The notes under the pieces were generated by a model. It saw nothing but the letters and a program-made list of their open reading frames with translations. It made no database searches and was not told the DNA's origin. The position numbers were made by a program, and so were the translations under genes. Below are positions 13,565 through 26,124 of a DNA stretch of 64,000 nucleotides, in pieces. Every line of letters begins with the position of its first letter. Within the stretch, counting starts at the first letter, position 1. Location: the NCBI RefSeq assembly GCF_001194135.2, contig NC_068985.1, positions 101,834,041 to 101,898,040 of the forward strand, read 5' to 3'. The DNA comes from Octopus bimaculoides. Taxonomy: Eukaryota.

Positions 13565-14330
13565 AATAAGCAACACGGATTTCAAAGGTGATTGCAGTAC
13601 GCACGTTTCATGCTACTCCAATTTATTTAAGTAATGCGAGCATTACATTAAATGCAATATGAACAGCAATCGTCAGCTGCACGAAAATGCAGAAAATTAC
13701 TGTAGAAAAGACATATTAATAAATGTGGCAACATTTCAAATCCAAGTGGGAGAGAGAATACATAAAAATCCAAATGTGAGGAAGAATACATAAGTCCATC
13801 TTGACATAGCCCAGTCTATCCGGCTAGTAATTGATTCTAGACAAAAGTTTTAACTGTCTCAGATTTTATTGTTTCTTATCTAGTGGTAATAGCATAAGGG
13901 ACAATTACTTCTAAAGAGAGGGAATGAAGTAATTGTCCCTTATGCTATCACCACTAGATAAGAAACAATAAAACTTTTGACTAGAATCAATTACTAGCCT
14001 GATAGACTCGACTATGTCAAGATGGACTTATGTATTCTTCTTCACATTTGGATTTTTATGTATTCTCTCTCCCACTTGGATTTGAAATGTTGCTACATTT
14101 ATATGTCTTTTCTACAGTAATTTTCTGCATTTTCGTGCAGCTGAAGATTGTTCTTCATATTGCATTTAATGTAATGCTCGCATTACTTAAATAAATTGGA
14201 GTAGCATGAAACGTGCGTACTGCAATCACCTTTGAAATCCGTGTTGCTTATTTTTTTGATTTTGATCACCAATCCTTTTGGGATACGATATTCGGGTGCC
14301 TACACATAAGTACTATATTCAACCTTGAAT
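13565..14330. mobile_element. Fold-back (palindromic) non-autonomous element, long form
   Basis: Left arm 13565-13911 is the reverse complement of right arm 13926-14252 with few mismatches and a ~20-bp indel; 14-nt spacer; unique 78-bp tail ending ATTCAA-cc-TTGAAT then (TA)n. Left end abuts a gap. Confidence 0.85.
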
Positions 14331-15904
14331 ATATATATATATATATATATANNNNNNNNNNNNNNNNNNNNNNNNNNNNNNNNNNNNNNNNNNNNNNNNN
14401 NNNNNNNNNNNNNNNNNNNNNNNNNNNNNNNNNNNNNNNNNNNNNNNNNNNNNNNNNNNNNNNNNNNNNNNNNNNNNNNNNNNNNNNNNNNNNNNNNNNN
14501 NNNNNNNNNNNNNNNNNNNNNNNNNNNNNNNNNNNNNNNNNNNNNNNNNNNNNNNNNNNNNNNNNNNNNNNNNNNNNNNNNNNNNNNNNNNNNNNNNNNN
14601 NNNNNNNNNNNNNNNNNNNNNNNNNNNNNNNNNNNNNNNNNNNNNNNNNNNNNNNNNNNNNNNNNNNNNNNNNNNNNNNNNNNNNNNNNNNNNNNNNNNN
14701 NNNNNNNNNNNNNNNNNNNNNNNNNNNNNNNNNNNNNNNNNNNNNNNNNNNNNNNNNNNNNNNNNNNNNNNNNNNNNNNNNNNNNNNNNNNNNNNNNNNN
14801 NNNNNNNNNNNNNNNNNNNNNNNNNNNNNNNNNNNNNNNNNNNNNNNNNNNNNNNNNNNNNNNNNNNNNNNNNNNNNNNNNNNNGAAGATAGAGGAAGAC
14901 AGATAGATAAATAGATAGAGAGGATGGTGGAGGGAGGAAGTGGAACAAGGAGGAAGGGACAGATGGGTATAGCAGTGAAGTAGAGGCCAGGACATAGGGA
15001 TAGATAGAAAGATAGAGGAAGACAGATAGATAAATAGATAGATAGATAGATAGATAGAGTCACGTCAGAATAATAAAGTAGACTTACTTGCAAAAAAGGA
15101 CGTGTGCGTTCAATAATGTAATAATACAAAGAATATATATACATGTATACACACATATATGTACATACTTACATCTACATGTGTATATATATATATGCAT
15201 ATCAGGGTACAGGATGTTAGAACAAGGAACTACAGACTTCCGATGAAGATACAAATCTTCAAGGCTCAAAGGCCTTGAAGAGTCAAAACTTTTCATACAC
15301 TCCTCGTATATGTACGTATGTATCTAAAGATAGATGGATGGATGTATAGAGTATTTGAAGTAGTGTACAGATATTGTACATTAAGAAAAAAGGATGAAGT
15401 CAGAATTTTTATTTTTTTATCCGCGCTCTCGTTCGTTGAAACGAACGCTTCAAGAAAGATTAAAACCAAGATCTTGGTTGTAAATTTTCTTGAAGAGCTC
15501 GGTTAAACAAACGAAAGCGCTGATAAAGAATTATCTAAAATTCTGAATGAATCATATTTCTTTATATATATAAGTATGTATGTATGTATGTATGTATGTA
15601 TGTATGTATGTATGTATGTATGTATGTGTGAGTGTGTTTGTGTATGCGTGTGTATGTATCTATCCTATTTCCACGCATTAAAGTACAAGCATCGACTTAT
15701 ATGCATGATTACTACATCTTTGAAAGATCTCACGTTATACGATTGATAAATAATAGACGTCTACAGTGAAAACAAATACAAGAAATTAAACGATATACAT
15801 ACATGCATATACACACATATACATATATGTGTTACATATACGCAAATATATACATAAATATATATTATATATACATATACATATACGTGTTTATGGGTTA
15901 TGGG

Positions 15905-16055
<151 letters not shown>

Positions 16056-17394
16056 ATTTATATATCATATGTGCACGGTTTAAGTACAGGCGTTAGTTTA
16101 TCTGAATATGAATAGAAATTTCTGTTTGCTTTGGCTACCACCATACATGTGTGTTGATGTATAATATAACTTTAAATATGTGCATGCATGGATATGTGAA
16201 TCAGTGATAACATATATTTTTGTGCATCTTCGCGTATATGTGTGCGTGTGTATGTGTGTGTAATAGCGTTACAAAAAACATACACATATACATACATACA
16301 AATAAAAATAGTTATATACAAACATATGCGTGAGTGTGTGTGTAGTTGATAGTGTTAGAAAAATTGTTTCCGCATGCAGTATCACTTTGATATATGTGTT
16401 GGATATTTGGTTTTGTTGCTCATCTTTATGTATGCATCCATGCACACATCGAAATAGATTCGCATTTTTCTATAGTTTGAAATTCTAAATATTAATACCC
16501 AGAGATACATACGCACATGTACAGGAGCACTGAAAAAGTTCGAATGAGCACACAATCAAATAAATACAAGTACACTCGCGCTGGCAAAAATATCTAGCCG
16601 TGAACGTATAGGTGAGGGAATATAAATGTTTAATACACATTATTACACGTGAATTTTAATCGTGTTTTTGCATGTGTATTTCAATTTATGTGTAACCTTT
16701 TTCCTTTTTAATTGTACTAGGCCTCTCTAATAGAATATGCATTATGTGGGAACATAAATTCCATATACACTTCTCTTTTCAATCTGAAAATTCATCGAAG
16801 TGATCGTGTATACATATGTGTGTGTGAATGTGTGTTGAATTTAAATTCCAAATTTGGAAGCATAGTGGTATGTTTTTTTTTAAGAAATGCAATTTATGTT
16901 AGAATTCCAGACCATACTCTCCTTATTCTATGCATAGGTATCGCACAAAATATTTTAAATGAATTCGCTACGAATATATAAGTTAAAGTACTCCCTTCCA
17001 AGTTAAATATTGGATTTATCCATTTGATTTTACACTGTTGTTTAATGACGGTAAAAGAAAGCCCGAAGCTAATTTTTATATATCAGACAAATAAAAAGCA
17101 TTAGGCTGAAAAACGCTAACAATAAAACTTTTTTGTGTATAGTTAGTTACAAAACCCACCCCACCCTACTGCCTTTAAATTTCCTTCAGCACAACAAGTC
17201 AAATCAGCAGCAAAGATGCTTAGCTCAAAGCATAAATTGCAAGGGCTACTAATAGCTTAGGCAAGCTATTCTTCTGATGGTGATTTAATTGCCATATATT
17301 TATTTCCATACGAACTGCCCTAGGTATTAAAAGTCATAAAATTCTCAATTATCTCATACATACATACGTGCATACATGCATACATACATACATG

Positions 17395-18575
17395 TATTGG
17401 ATCATTCTATAGTTCTGGGCAATTTCGACAATTATGTCTTTAAGCGCTTCATATAACAGCTGTGAGCTTGATATGACTAATATGTTTGTATCACTTGCAG
17501 TGTGGCAAAATATCATTATGTCTTATACATTTGCTAGCCCTTTTTAATTTCGAAGATTTATTACCTAAAATGACATTTACTATACGTAATGCTTCCCTCC
17601 TTTCTGACAGCTGAAAGCAATACACAACAGTATAAAACGCTTGTGAACTGTATGATAAAATGTATGGTGAATTTGCAGTAGATACACAATTTAAACGCGT
17701 TTCAACCTAGAATATACAACTCGCTATAGAAAACATTCAGATTTGGAGGATATTGTTTTGAAAGTAAACTTAGAAGCCGACACAAAAATCAAAAGTAATG
17801 ACTTTTCAACAATACTGACAGTTCTAAAAATTACTATTTATGAACTTTAATAAAATTGTCTATATTTCCTGTTATGGTGTATGTGTCTTTCACAAGTTGT
17901 CAGAGAAAAATTGCTCTGATCAGAATTCCGCATCCGATAAACAATGGAACTTAGCCGTTTTTTAAGCATTTCTTGACTATAATTGCATAATAGAATGTAT
18001 AGGAGCAACCAATCGTTGAATTTGCGTGAGAAGCTACTAAGGAGCTGTCAAAGTTGAATGGTCGTGCAAAAATAACTTTGCTTTCTGTTTGGTGGAATTT
18101 CGAAGGCATCATGTATTATGTCTTACTCCCACAGAATGAGACTATCAATTTGAATGTGTACGGTTGCCTGCCGGATAAATTCAATCCACAACTCACCAGA
18201 TATGGCTAGAACTATCCGACCAGAATGGGGATGCATGACACAAAGACAAAGACGGACCCTATGTGTATTTAGCTACTCGAAATCATTTACATGACCACGG
18301 GGATGGTCTTTTACTACACCCACAAATCTCACCTGATATTGATTTGCCCGACTTACAAAGAATCCTTGACTGGAAATCCTTTAATTATATAGATTCAGGA
18401 AAGAATTAGTGGATAAAATTTTCTCTCCAAGAGTGGGAATTTTGAAAATGTCGAATAAATGTACTAAAATCTGAAACGAAAGCTGAGCGTAATCTGATGA
18501 ATAACTGTTATTATAATGCAATTATGTTTTATTTCCATCATTCAAAAACTTCCAGAAGTTTCGGATGATGCAGTA
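17395..18575 (+). mobile_element. Near full-length decayed mariner (DD34D-type) transposon
   Basis: Peptides KMYGEFAV, FHKLSEKN (WVPHEL box), KITLLSVWWNFEGIMYYVLLPQNETIN, HD..RP.V and SPDIDLPD (YSPDLAPSD) in order; imperfect TIRs tattggatcattctatagttctgg and ccagaagtttcggatgatgcagta (18/24 match); total ~1.18 kb. Confidence 0.85.
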
Positions 18576-19389
18576 TGAGTGTTTATTTATGAATACATTC
18601 ATACGTGCAAACACACCCACACTCTCTCAAACACACACACACACACAAATGTATCCCTCTCTATCTCTAACCATCTATTTTTTTCCTATTTATAACTAGC
18701 GCGGTTTATACATATTGTATGTAATTTTTATAAATATGTAACGTCTAATATAATACTGGAATAAATCGGAAAGAAAAATATTGCAATCTATAAACTGACA
18801 GACCGTGAAATGCACTTTATATAGCTTCCTGTTACATAAGTCTTTGTATGAGAGTGAAGTTAAAGTTTGCGTTCGATAAATGAAAGCGACAAGTGTTTCC
18901 TGCAAAATACTGAAAACATATATATATATATATCAAGTGATATACAATTCCACATTTTTTTCTATGACTGATTATTTGACTATCTTCAGCATGAATCATG
19001 AATGCTGTCAAACCAACGTTATACATCATTTTTATAATTCAAACTGTGCTTCTAAATTGCTCTTCTTCAGAAATTCATTCAAGTGTTTCATTATTTAACC
19101 TGTGATCATAGAAATTAAAGAATATTTCATACTGCTCATATAGATGCAGATGATGAATTCGAGATTACAGCTTCTGTGTAATTGTGAAGAAAGGAAAAGG
19201 AATTCCGAAAGTGTTGGATTACTTAAATAAATTTTTGAATGCAGTTTTTAAAAGAAAGTAGGATGTATGAATGGAATGGCTAGAAACTATGTAGCTACAG
19301 CAACGGATCAACATCAATTTTAATAACAACTCAAATCTGTGTTACAGCAATCAAATTCGTGAAAGGTAAAAAGCCGGTGAGGACAGCAA

Positions 19390-19760
19390 GGACTAATCGT
19401 CTACTAGATGGTGCCCAATCATGGATATAAAAGTGGACTTCTCCGAAAGACTGCAGTCTCCCCATTTCCATACAACCCTAGATGAGATGTAGCTCTACTG
19501 TCTGACAAGGCAAGGAAATAATCTTAATTGAACTCACATACTCAGGAAGCACAGTGTGATCAAGCCTACAAGTGGAAGCGCGCTAAATACGAGATTGTTC
19601 ATCAAGTGTGTAGGTACAAAGGATGGAGGTCATGGATCTTCCCAGTCGGAGTTGACTGTAGAAAATCATACTCATTGGAATAAGAAGAAAATACCGAAAT
19701 GTGGCTGTGAATAGGATGGTACCTCTTACTGGCTTGGATCAAAATGCAGGTCCATGGTTA
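19390..19760 (+). mobile_element. RLE-type non-LTR retrotransposon 3' fragment, Hero-like
   Basis: LLDGAQSW..VDFSERLQ..DVALLS..IILIELT..EAQCDQAYKWKRAKYE..GWRSWIFPVGVDCR matches the PD-(D/E)xK endonuclease tail of Hero-clade elements (ELTVPWEE..ERKRAKY..GW...PVEVGCRG). Confidence 0.75.
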
Positions 19761-19878
19761 AGGTCCATAGTCGAAACACTCAATGATTCTTAGATGCTAT
19801 TTGATGACATTGGCTCATCCGAAGCAAAGAACTTTCCATATGGTGAATAGAAAAGAAGCACTTTCTAGATATCATCAT

Positions 19879-19921
<43 letters not shown>

Positions 19922-19948
19922 NNNNNNNNNNNNNNNNNNNNNNNNNNN

Positions 19949-20017
<69 letters not shown>

Positions 20018-20301
20018 CTGTGGAGAATGAAAAATGTGAACATTCAAACCTTGTTTATTTCCAGTTAGTTCATTCATAATAATTTTCTGACACTTGTTTC
20101 AATCGCATTAACTGCATATTGTTGAATATTTATGTGAATAAACTAACGGAAATAAACATAAATTTTGAAAATTCAAATTCTACATTCCCGCTATTATCAA
20201 TATTGTACTCTACACCCTAAGTAGTGAAGAAATAGATAGTAACATCGGATGGGAGCGAAAGGTACTAGCCTTGGCATTTTACTAAGGGAAATTTGGATAC
20301 T

Positions 20302-20368
<67 letters not shown>

Positions 20369-20370
20369 TA

Positions 20371-21130
20371 TATAGGGTGGAACATAAAGATTTTCCACAT
20401 CGTGAATGAATATAAAAAGAGAACACAACCATTCAGGAAAAAGATCGATTATGCTTCTATGAAGTACATAAAAAACAGTTTATTTTGCTGAGTTTTAAAA
20501 CTATATAAGACAAATGGCAGCCGTTGTTGGAAATACGCTGATGCCGTCGTTCCCGGAAGTTTTCCATGACTCCATGTCATCTCAGGTGGTAACGCATTGA
20601 TTTTCTAACGAAATATTTTCTAACGAAATATTTTCTAACGAAATATTTCTTATGAAATATCTGCGACGATGTCGCAAAACTTTATCCTTCAGGTATCCCC
20701 AAAGGAAAAATTCACAAGGACTTAAATCTGGTGACCTGGCAAGCCACCCCGTATCTCCCCATCAAAGGAATCAATTGGCCAAGAAACATTTCCTTCAACA
20801 CTCCAAGTGAACGTCGTGCTGTGTGAGTCGTGGCACCGCCCTGTTGAAACCACAGATTTTCCATATACAACCCATTCAGTTTAGGGTGCAAAATGTTCCC
20901 CAGCAGAGGCAACCGTTACTGTTTAATGACCTTTTTTTGAAAAAAGTACTGGCCGATGACTCCAAAATCGGCAACTGCACACCAAACAGTTACACGAGGA
21001 GGATGAAGCGGTCTTTCGTTGAGTTCATGAGGATTATGTTCAGCCCAGTAGCGAAAATTCTGCAAGCAACATTTCGGTAGAACTTTCAGTACACTATGTT
21101 ATGGAAAAATGTAAACATCGTTTAATAATG
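20371..21130 (-). mobile_element. Tc1/mariner superfamily DD41D (rosa/Visitor-type) transposase 3' half
   Basis: NFRYWAEHNPHELNERPLHPPRVTVWCAV..GVIGQYF, WFQQ(G)GATTHTAR, GWLARSPDLSPC(E)FFLWGYLKDKV; 41 residues between the decayed second and third catalytic positions after correcting one frameshift; end tagggtg resembles a TIR. Confidence 0.85.
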
Positions 21131-22254
21131 AAATAATATCATCTAGACAGACAGAGATTTAGTTTTCATTTAATGCTTGAATTCCCTTAGTTGCAATTTA
21201 CCAAGTTAAGCATTCTTATAAAGCATGCACTGGCGCACTCAAAAAGGTCAGAGGTATTAAAAGAAATCTGTTGTGTTTTTCGCTTGAATATATTTGAGTG
21301 GAAGATAATAATGATCTATTTCATGAAGAACGTTTTTACAAATGGACGATATCATTATAAAAATCTGTGTGTGTGTGTGCATGTGAGCGCGTGTGAGCGT
21401 GTGTGCGTAATGCTTTTCATTTGCTTCTATGATTTTATTCGTTTATTATGTTTAGAAAGGTGTACACATGCGTGAGACCACAGAGGTGTTTGAAAATATG
21501 TAATGCGCACACATATAAAGAAACAAATACATCGTAATAATAATGCTGCTTTTGAATTTGAAATCATCATTAATTATCTTCAACATTTTGAGAAAAATAT
21601 CACCTCATGCAATATAATTCAGATATAATATAATTTATAATATACACAACATTAAATATTTCCAGCTAAGTCGTTTAATCACGGGATTTGATTTCAGAAT
21701 TCTTCATCATTTGATCATTATTTGTTTTTCTATAACACCAACCTCTTCATTACTTTAATAAATTAATTAACTAATTAAGATCTATAAAACGAAACCAGTT
21801 TTGATAAAAAACTAAAAAAAAAATAAGTAAATTTTACTCAGAATGAACGTTTCAAATTTACAAATGTTCTTTGAAAATGTACAATAAATTTATTTTGTAA
21901 TAATTGTTTACACCAAAATCTATGTAGTTCCTTTTGTTGAGTGGCTGTCTGTAGCTTTCCTGTTGTTTTGAAATGATACGATTTAAAGCGAAATACTCCA
22001 TCTGTGTTTCACGCAATTAATTAATAACAACTATCAATTTGTATTGCTTTCTCCTATTCAGATAAACAAGCCTAATCTATGTGCTACTAAATCGACTCCA
22101 GTGTATTCCTCTTACATATTTTATCACTACTGGAAATATTTGGTACCTAAACAGATTAATGTGGTAAATGAAAATATATCAGCCCTTTGGCCTGGTGACG
22201 TGGTATTCCATCACCCTCATAGCAATAATTTATAACAAAGCATGTCAAATACCA

Positions 22255-22490
22255 TAAAGTAGAGATTCCATCAGGGTCTCTATATGCATACAATGCTGTT
22301 TGATTTCACGGGTATATCCAGCATGACAAGATTATTTATTTATCGCGTTTCGGAGGTGTTTCTCATTGCATTATATACATATAACGTATACGTATGCAGA
22401 TATAAATATATATGCATGTGTGTGTGTGTTTGAGTGGGTCTGTGTTTATGTATGTATATATATATATACTTAAATATATATATATATATT
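22255..22490 (+). repeat. 236-bp direct repeat, copy 1 (copy 2 at 23795-24030)
   Basis: taaagtagagattccatcagg...tatatatatt reads identically at offset 1540; copy 2 starts exactly at the gap end. Confidence 0.95.
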
Positions 22491-22513
22491 AAATACACTC
22501 ACTTACATATACG

Positions 22514-22514
<1 letters not shown>

Positions 22515-22587
<73 letters not shown>

Positions 22588-22856
22588 CATTTCTTTTATT
22601 AGCCACACAGGGCTCAACGAAGATGGGACAAATACAATGTAGAGCTTTTCTTTTTGGGAGGGGGAAGGAAAAAAAAAGAGTGGTGTCGATCAAAAGGGAT
22701 CGTAGGAAGGGAAAAAGGGGGAGTTCGATCAAAAGGGATCGAAAAAAAAAGAAAAAAAAAAGGCCGATCAATAGGGATCGTGTATCACACAGTAATGTTC
22801 TCGTGTAAAAAGAGGGGAGGACAGTTTAGGTTTAGCCGTGGAAAGAAAAGCCTACG
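22515..22856 (-). mobile_element. LINE 3' UTR with AATAAA and (TATC)n tail, possibly Tx1-clade
   Basis: Minus strand ends ...gtggctAATAAAagaaatg(tatc)n and has three CGATC-cctttt/cctatt-GATCG hairpins; 5' side runs into a 938-bp gap. Clade assignment is from recalled similarity only. Confidence 0.45.
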
Positions 22857-23794
22857 NNNNNNNNNNNNNNNNNNNNNNNNNNNNNNNNNNNNNNNNNNNN
22901 NNNNNNNNNNNNNNNNNNNNNNNNNNNNNNNNNNNNNNNNNNNNNNNNNNNNNNNNNNNNNNNNNNNNNNNNNNNNNNNNNNNNNNNNNNNNNNNNNNNN
23001 NNNNNNNNNNNNNNNNNNNNNNNNNNNNNNNNNNNNNNNNNNNNNNNNNNNNNNNNNNNNNNNNNNNNNNNNNNNNNNNNNNNNNNNNNNNNNNNNNNNN
23101 NNNNNNNNNNNNNNNNNNNNNNNNNNNNNNNNNNNNNNNNNNNNNNNNNNNNNNNNNNNNNNNNNNNNNNNNNNNNNNNNNNNNNNNNNNNNNNNNNNNN
23201 NNNNNNNNNNNNNNNNNNNNNNNNNNNNNNNNNNNNNNNNNNNNNNNNNNNNNNNNNNNNNNNNNNNNNNNNNNNNNNNNNNNNNNNNNNNNNNNNNNNN
23301 NNNNNNNNNNNNNNNNNNNNNNNNNNNNNNNNNNNNNNNNNNNNNNNNNNNNNNNNNNNNNNNNNNNNNNNNNNNNNNNNNNNNNNNNNNNNNNNNNNNN
23401 NNNNNNNNNNNNNNNNNNNNNNNNNNNNNNNNNNNNNNNNNNNNNNNNNNNNNNNNNNNNNNNNNNNNNNNNNNNNNNNNNNNNNNNNNNNNNNNNNNNN
23501 NNNNNNNNNNNNNNNNNNNNNNNNNNNNNNNNNNNNNNNNNNNNNNNNNNNNNNNNNNNNNNNNNNNNNNNNNNNNNNNNNNNNNNNNNNNNNNNNNNNN
23601 NNNNNNNNNNNNNNNNNNNNNNNNNNNNNNNNNNNNNNNNNNNNNNNNNNNNNNNNNNNNNNNNNNNNNNNNNNNNNNNNNNNNNNNNNNNNNNNNNNNN
23701 NNNNNNNNNNNNNNNNNNNNNNNNNNNNNNNNNNNNNNNNNNNNNNNNNNNNNNNNNNNNNNNNNNNNNNNNNNNNNNNNNNNNNNNNNNNNNN

Positions 23795-24030
23795 TAAAGT
23801 AGAGATTCCATCAGGGTCTCTATATGCATACAATGCTGTTTGATTTCACGGGTATATCCAGCATGACAAGATTATTTATTTATCGCGTTTCGGAGGTGTT
23901 TCTCATTGCATTATATACATATAACGTATACGTATGCAGATATAAATATATATGCATGTGTGTGTGTGTTTGAGTGGGTCTGTGTTTATGTATGTATATA
24001 TATATATACTTAAATATATATATATATATT
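23795..24030 (+). repeat. 236-bp direct repeat, copy 2
   Basis: See 22255-22490. Confidence 0.95.
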
Positions 24031-25236
24031 TATATATATACACACACATATATATGTAAGAAGCTCCTCTTTAGTATGAATGTGTAAGTTGGGCCGGGTC
24101 GAAGTATTATTTGATAAAGTCTATATTCTATACTGTTTGTCATCGTGTCAAATTGGATTTGCTAATACATCCATTGTCATGTGTCCATTAGTCTATTCCG
24201 CGTTTATATCCGATTTTCGTATGTATCGTCTTATTTTCCTTTGTTAATTTATGCTTTTTATTGTCCCATTCGATTCTTGCGTTTATATTCACATATTTGT
24301 GTAGATATATCGACGAATAAATTGACATAAGAAAGATGTATAAATAGCTTGATAGTTAATTTAGAACTTTAGTGTATATGTTATGATTCTTTATTGCTTT
24401 TGACATAAGCTTTACATACAGTTTCCAATATCATTTCGTTTCCAGTGTAAATGATTAGTTGAATTACGAGTGTTACAAGTTCTCATACAGTAAACACAAT
24501 CTATATTTGCGGCGTTGGAGGAATAAAGTGCTGTTAAACCGAAGCGAGTGTAGTAATGTGTTTTGCTGTTTCCGGTTACAACCATCGCCTTACCATATCG
24601 TTAATAACGGGGAGATAGGCAAGATTGTTTCCTATATAGAAAATACGAATTACGGTTTTGTACGGTTCTACGTGAAATAATTATTGATATGTTCATAGGA
24701 TTTTTGATGAATTATTTCAGTTTAACTGTAAAATCAATGGAATTCAAAATTATTAAATTTATTTTAGACTCTTTAAACTATCGTCAAACAAATTTGAATA
24801 GCATCAGGAGTTTACATAGATATTGTGTGGACAATCATACGTACTAAATTACCTAAGTGAAAGGCCGGATTTAGTCAAATTTCGATTTATATTTACGTAT
24901 GTATATATATATTTCTGTATGTATGTATGCATGGATGTAAACATGCATGTATGTATATATGTATGTATGTATATATGTATGTATGTATGTATGTTTGTAT
25001 GTATGTATGTATGTATGTATGTATGCGCAAGATTTACTGCCAGCCAAGATGTTTTTCTAACCACATAATGTTGAGTTCAGTCCCGCTGTACACACCGCAC
25101 AAACTGATGCATTCTCGTACACACAAATATTTTTTTATATTTGCACAAAACACGGATTTATACACATATATATTAATGATAATAATAAATTGACAACAAA
25201 ATAGTGAGACTTCGATATTATGTAAATAGAGGAATG

Positions 25237-25277
<41 letters not shown>

Positions 25278-25439
25278 TAGGACAATAAGTAAGTTATCAT
25301 AATAGAACTTTATGTGAGGATGAAATTGCGTATACATATATACGTATATGTGTCTGTATAGTTATGCATATATATGCATATACATGCATATGTGTCTGCG
25401 TGTGTGTATGTAGAGATGTGTATATGAGCAAGTAAATAT

Positions 25440-26124
25440 GTGAAGTCCATTTTCAGCCTGAGGTACAGGTGTTCCTCTTTTTCCTACCCACTATCTTCGG
25501 CGCTTGACATATCTATAGAGAACCTATTTCTCGTCATCAGTCACTATTTGGTCCCAAAAAAGTTTCTTTCGTGACACGTGACTGCAAAGACGAGCGCACG
25601 TGCACTCACTGCACGCGATTAGACCCGGAAAGTTTGTGCGGAATTCATTAAATCAATGTTCTAACTTTTGAAACGGCACGCAGATGTCGATGAATGGTTG
25701 AATGACCAAATCCAAGCTTCTCTGCTAGTTTCTCATCTGTAACGATGAGATTTTACTCCACAAGAGTTTGCACTACCTCGTCTTCGAGCTCTTCAGATCT
25801 TTCAGGGCGAGACTCGTCTTCTAGGCTGTAGTTTCCGGCTCAAAATTTCTGGAACCACCGTTGATATTGGATTATGTTTATTATCCCATGCCCCTTATAC
25901 TGCATTAATATTCTTTGCATATTCCGTTGCATTGTTGCCTTTACTGAACTCATAAAGCAAAATATGCGCAATATGCTCCTTTGTCGCTTCCCTTATAGTT
26001 TTGAAAAAATTAACTGTTAAAATCGAAATGCACTCTTCAAAACATGCACTAAGAATAAGGACAATATAAAATTACTTTTAGTTCATGCAACTGAAAAACG
26101 CATTATTTAAGGGATGACCCAATA
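25440..26124 (-). mobile_element. Mariner transposon 5' half with left TIR
   Basis: Minus strand starts tattgggtcatcccttaaataatgcg (mariner-like TIR); peptides EATKEHIAHILLYEFSKGNNATE, YSLEDESRPERS and LAEKLGFGHSTIHRHL are the two HTH regions; catalytic half missing. Confidence 0.88.

Noticed and set aside
20600-20650. 15-bp tandem repeat (ttttctaacgaaata x3) as a CRISPR-like array
   Set aside because: No spacers; a slippage repeat inside a transposon. No CRISPR or cas signal anywhere in the window.
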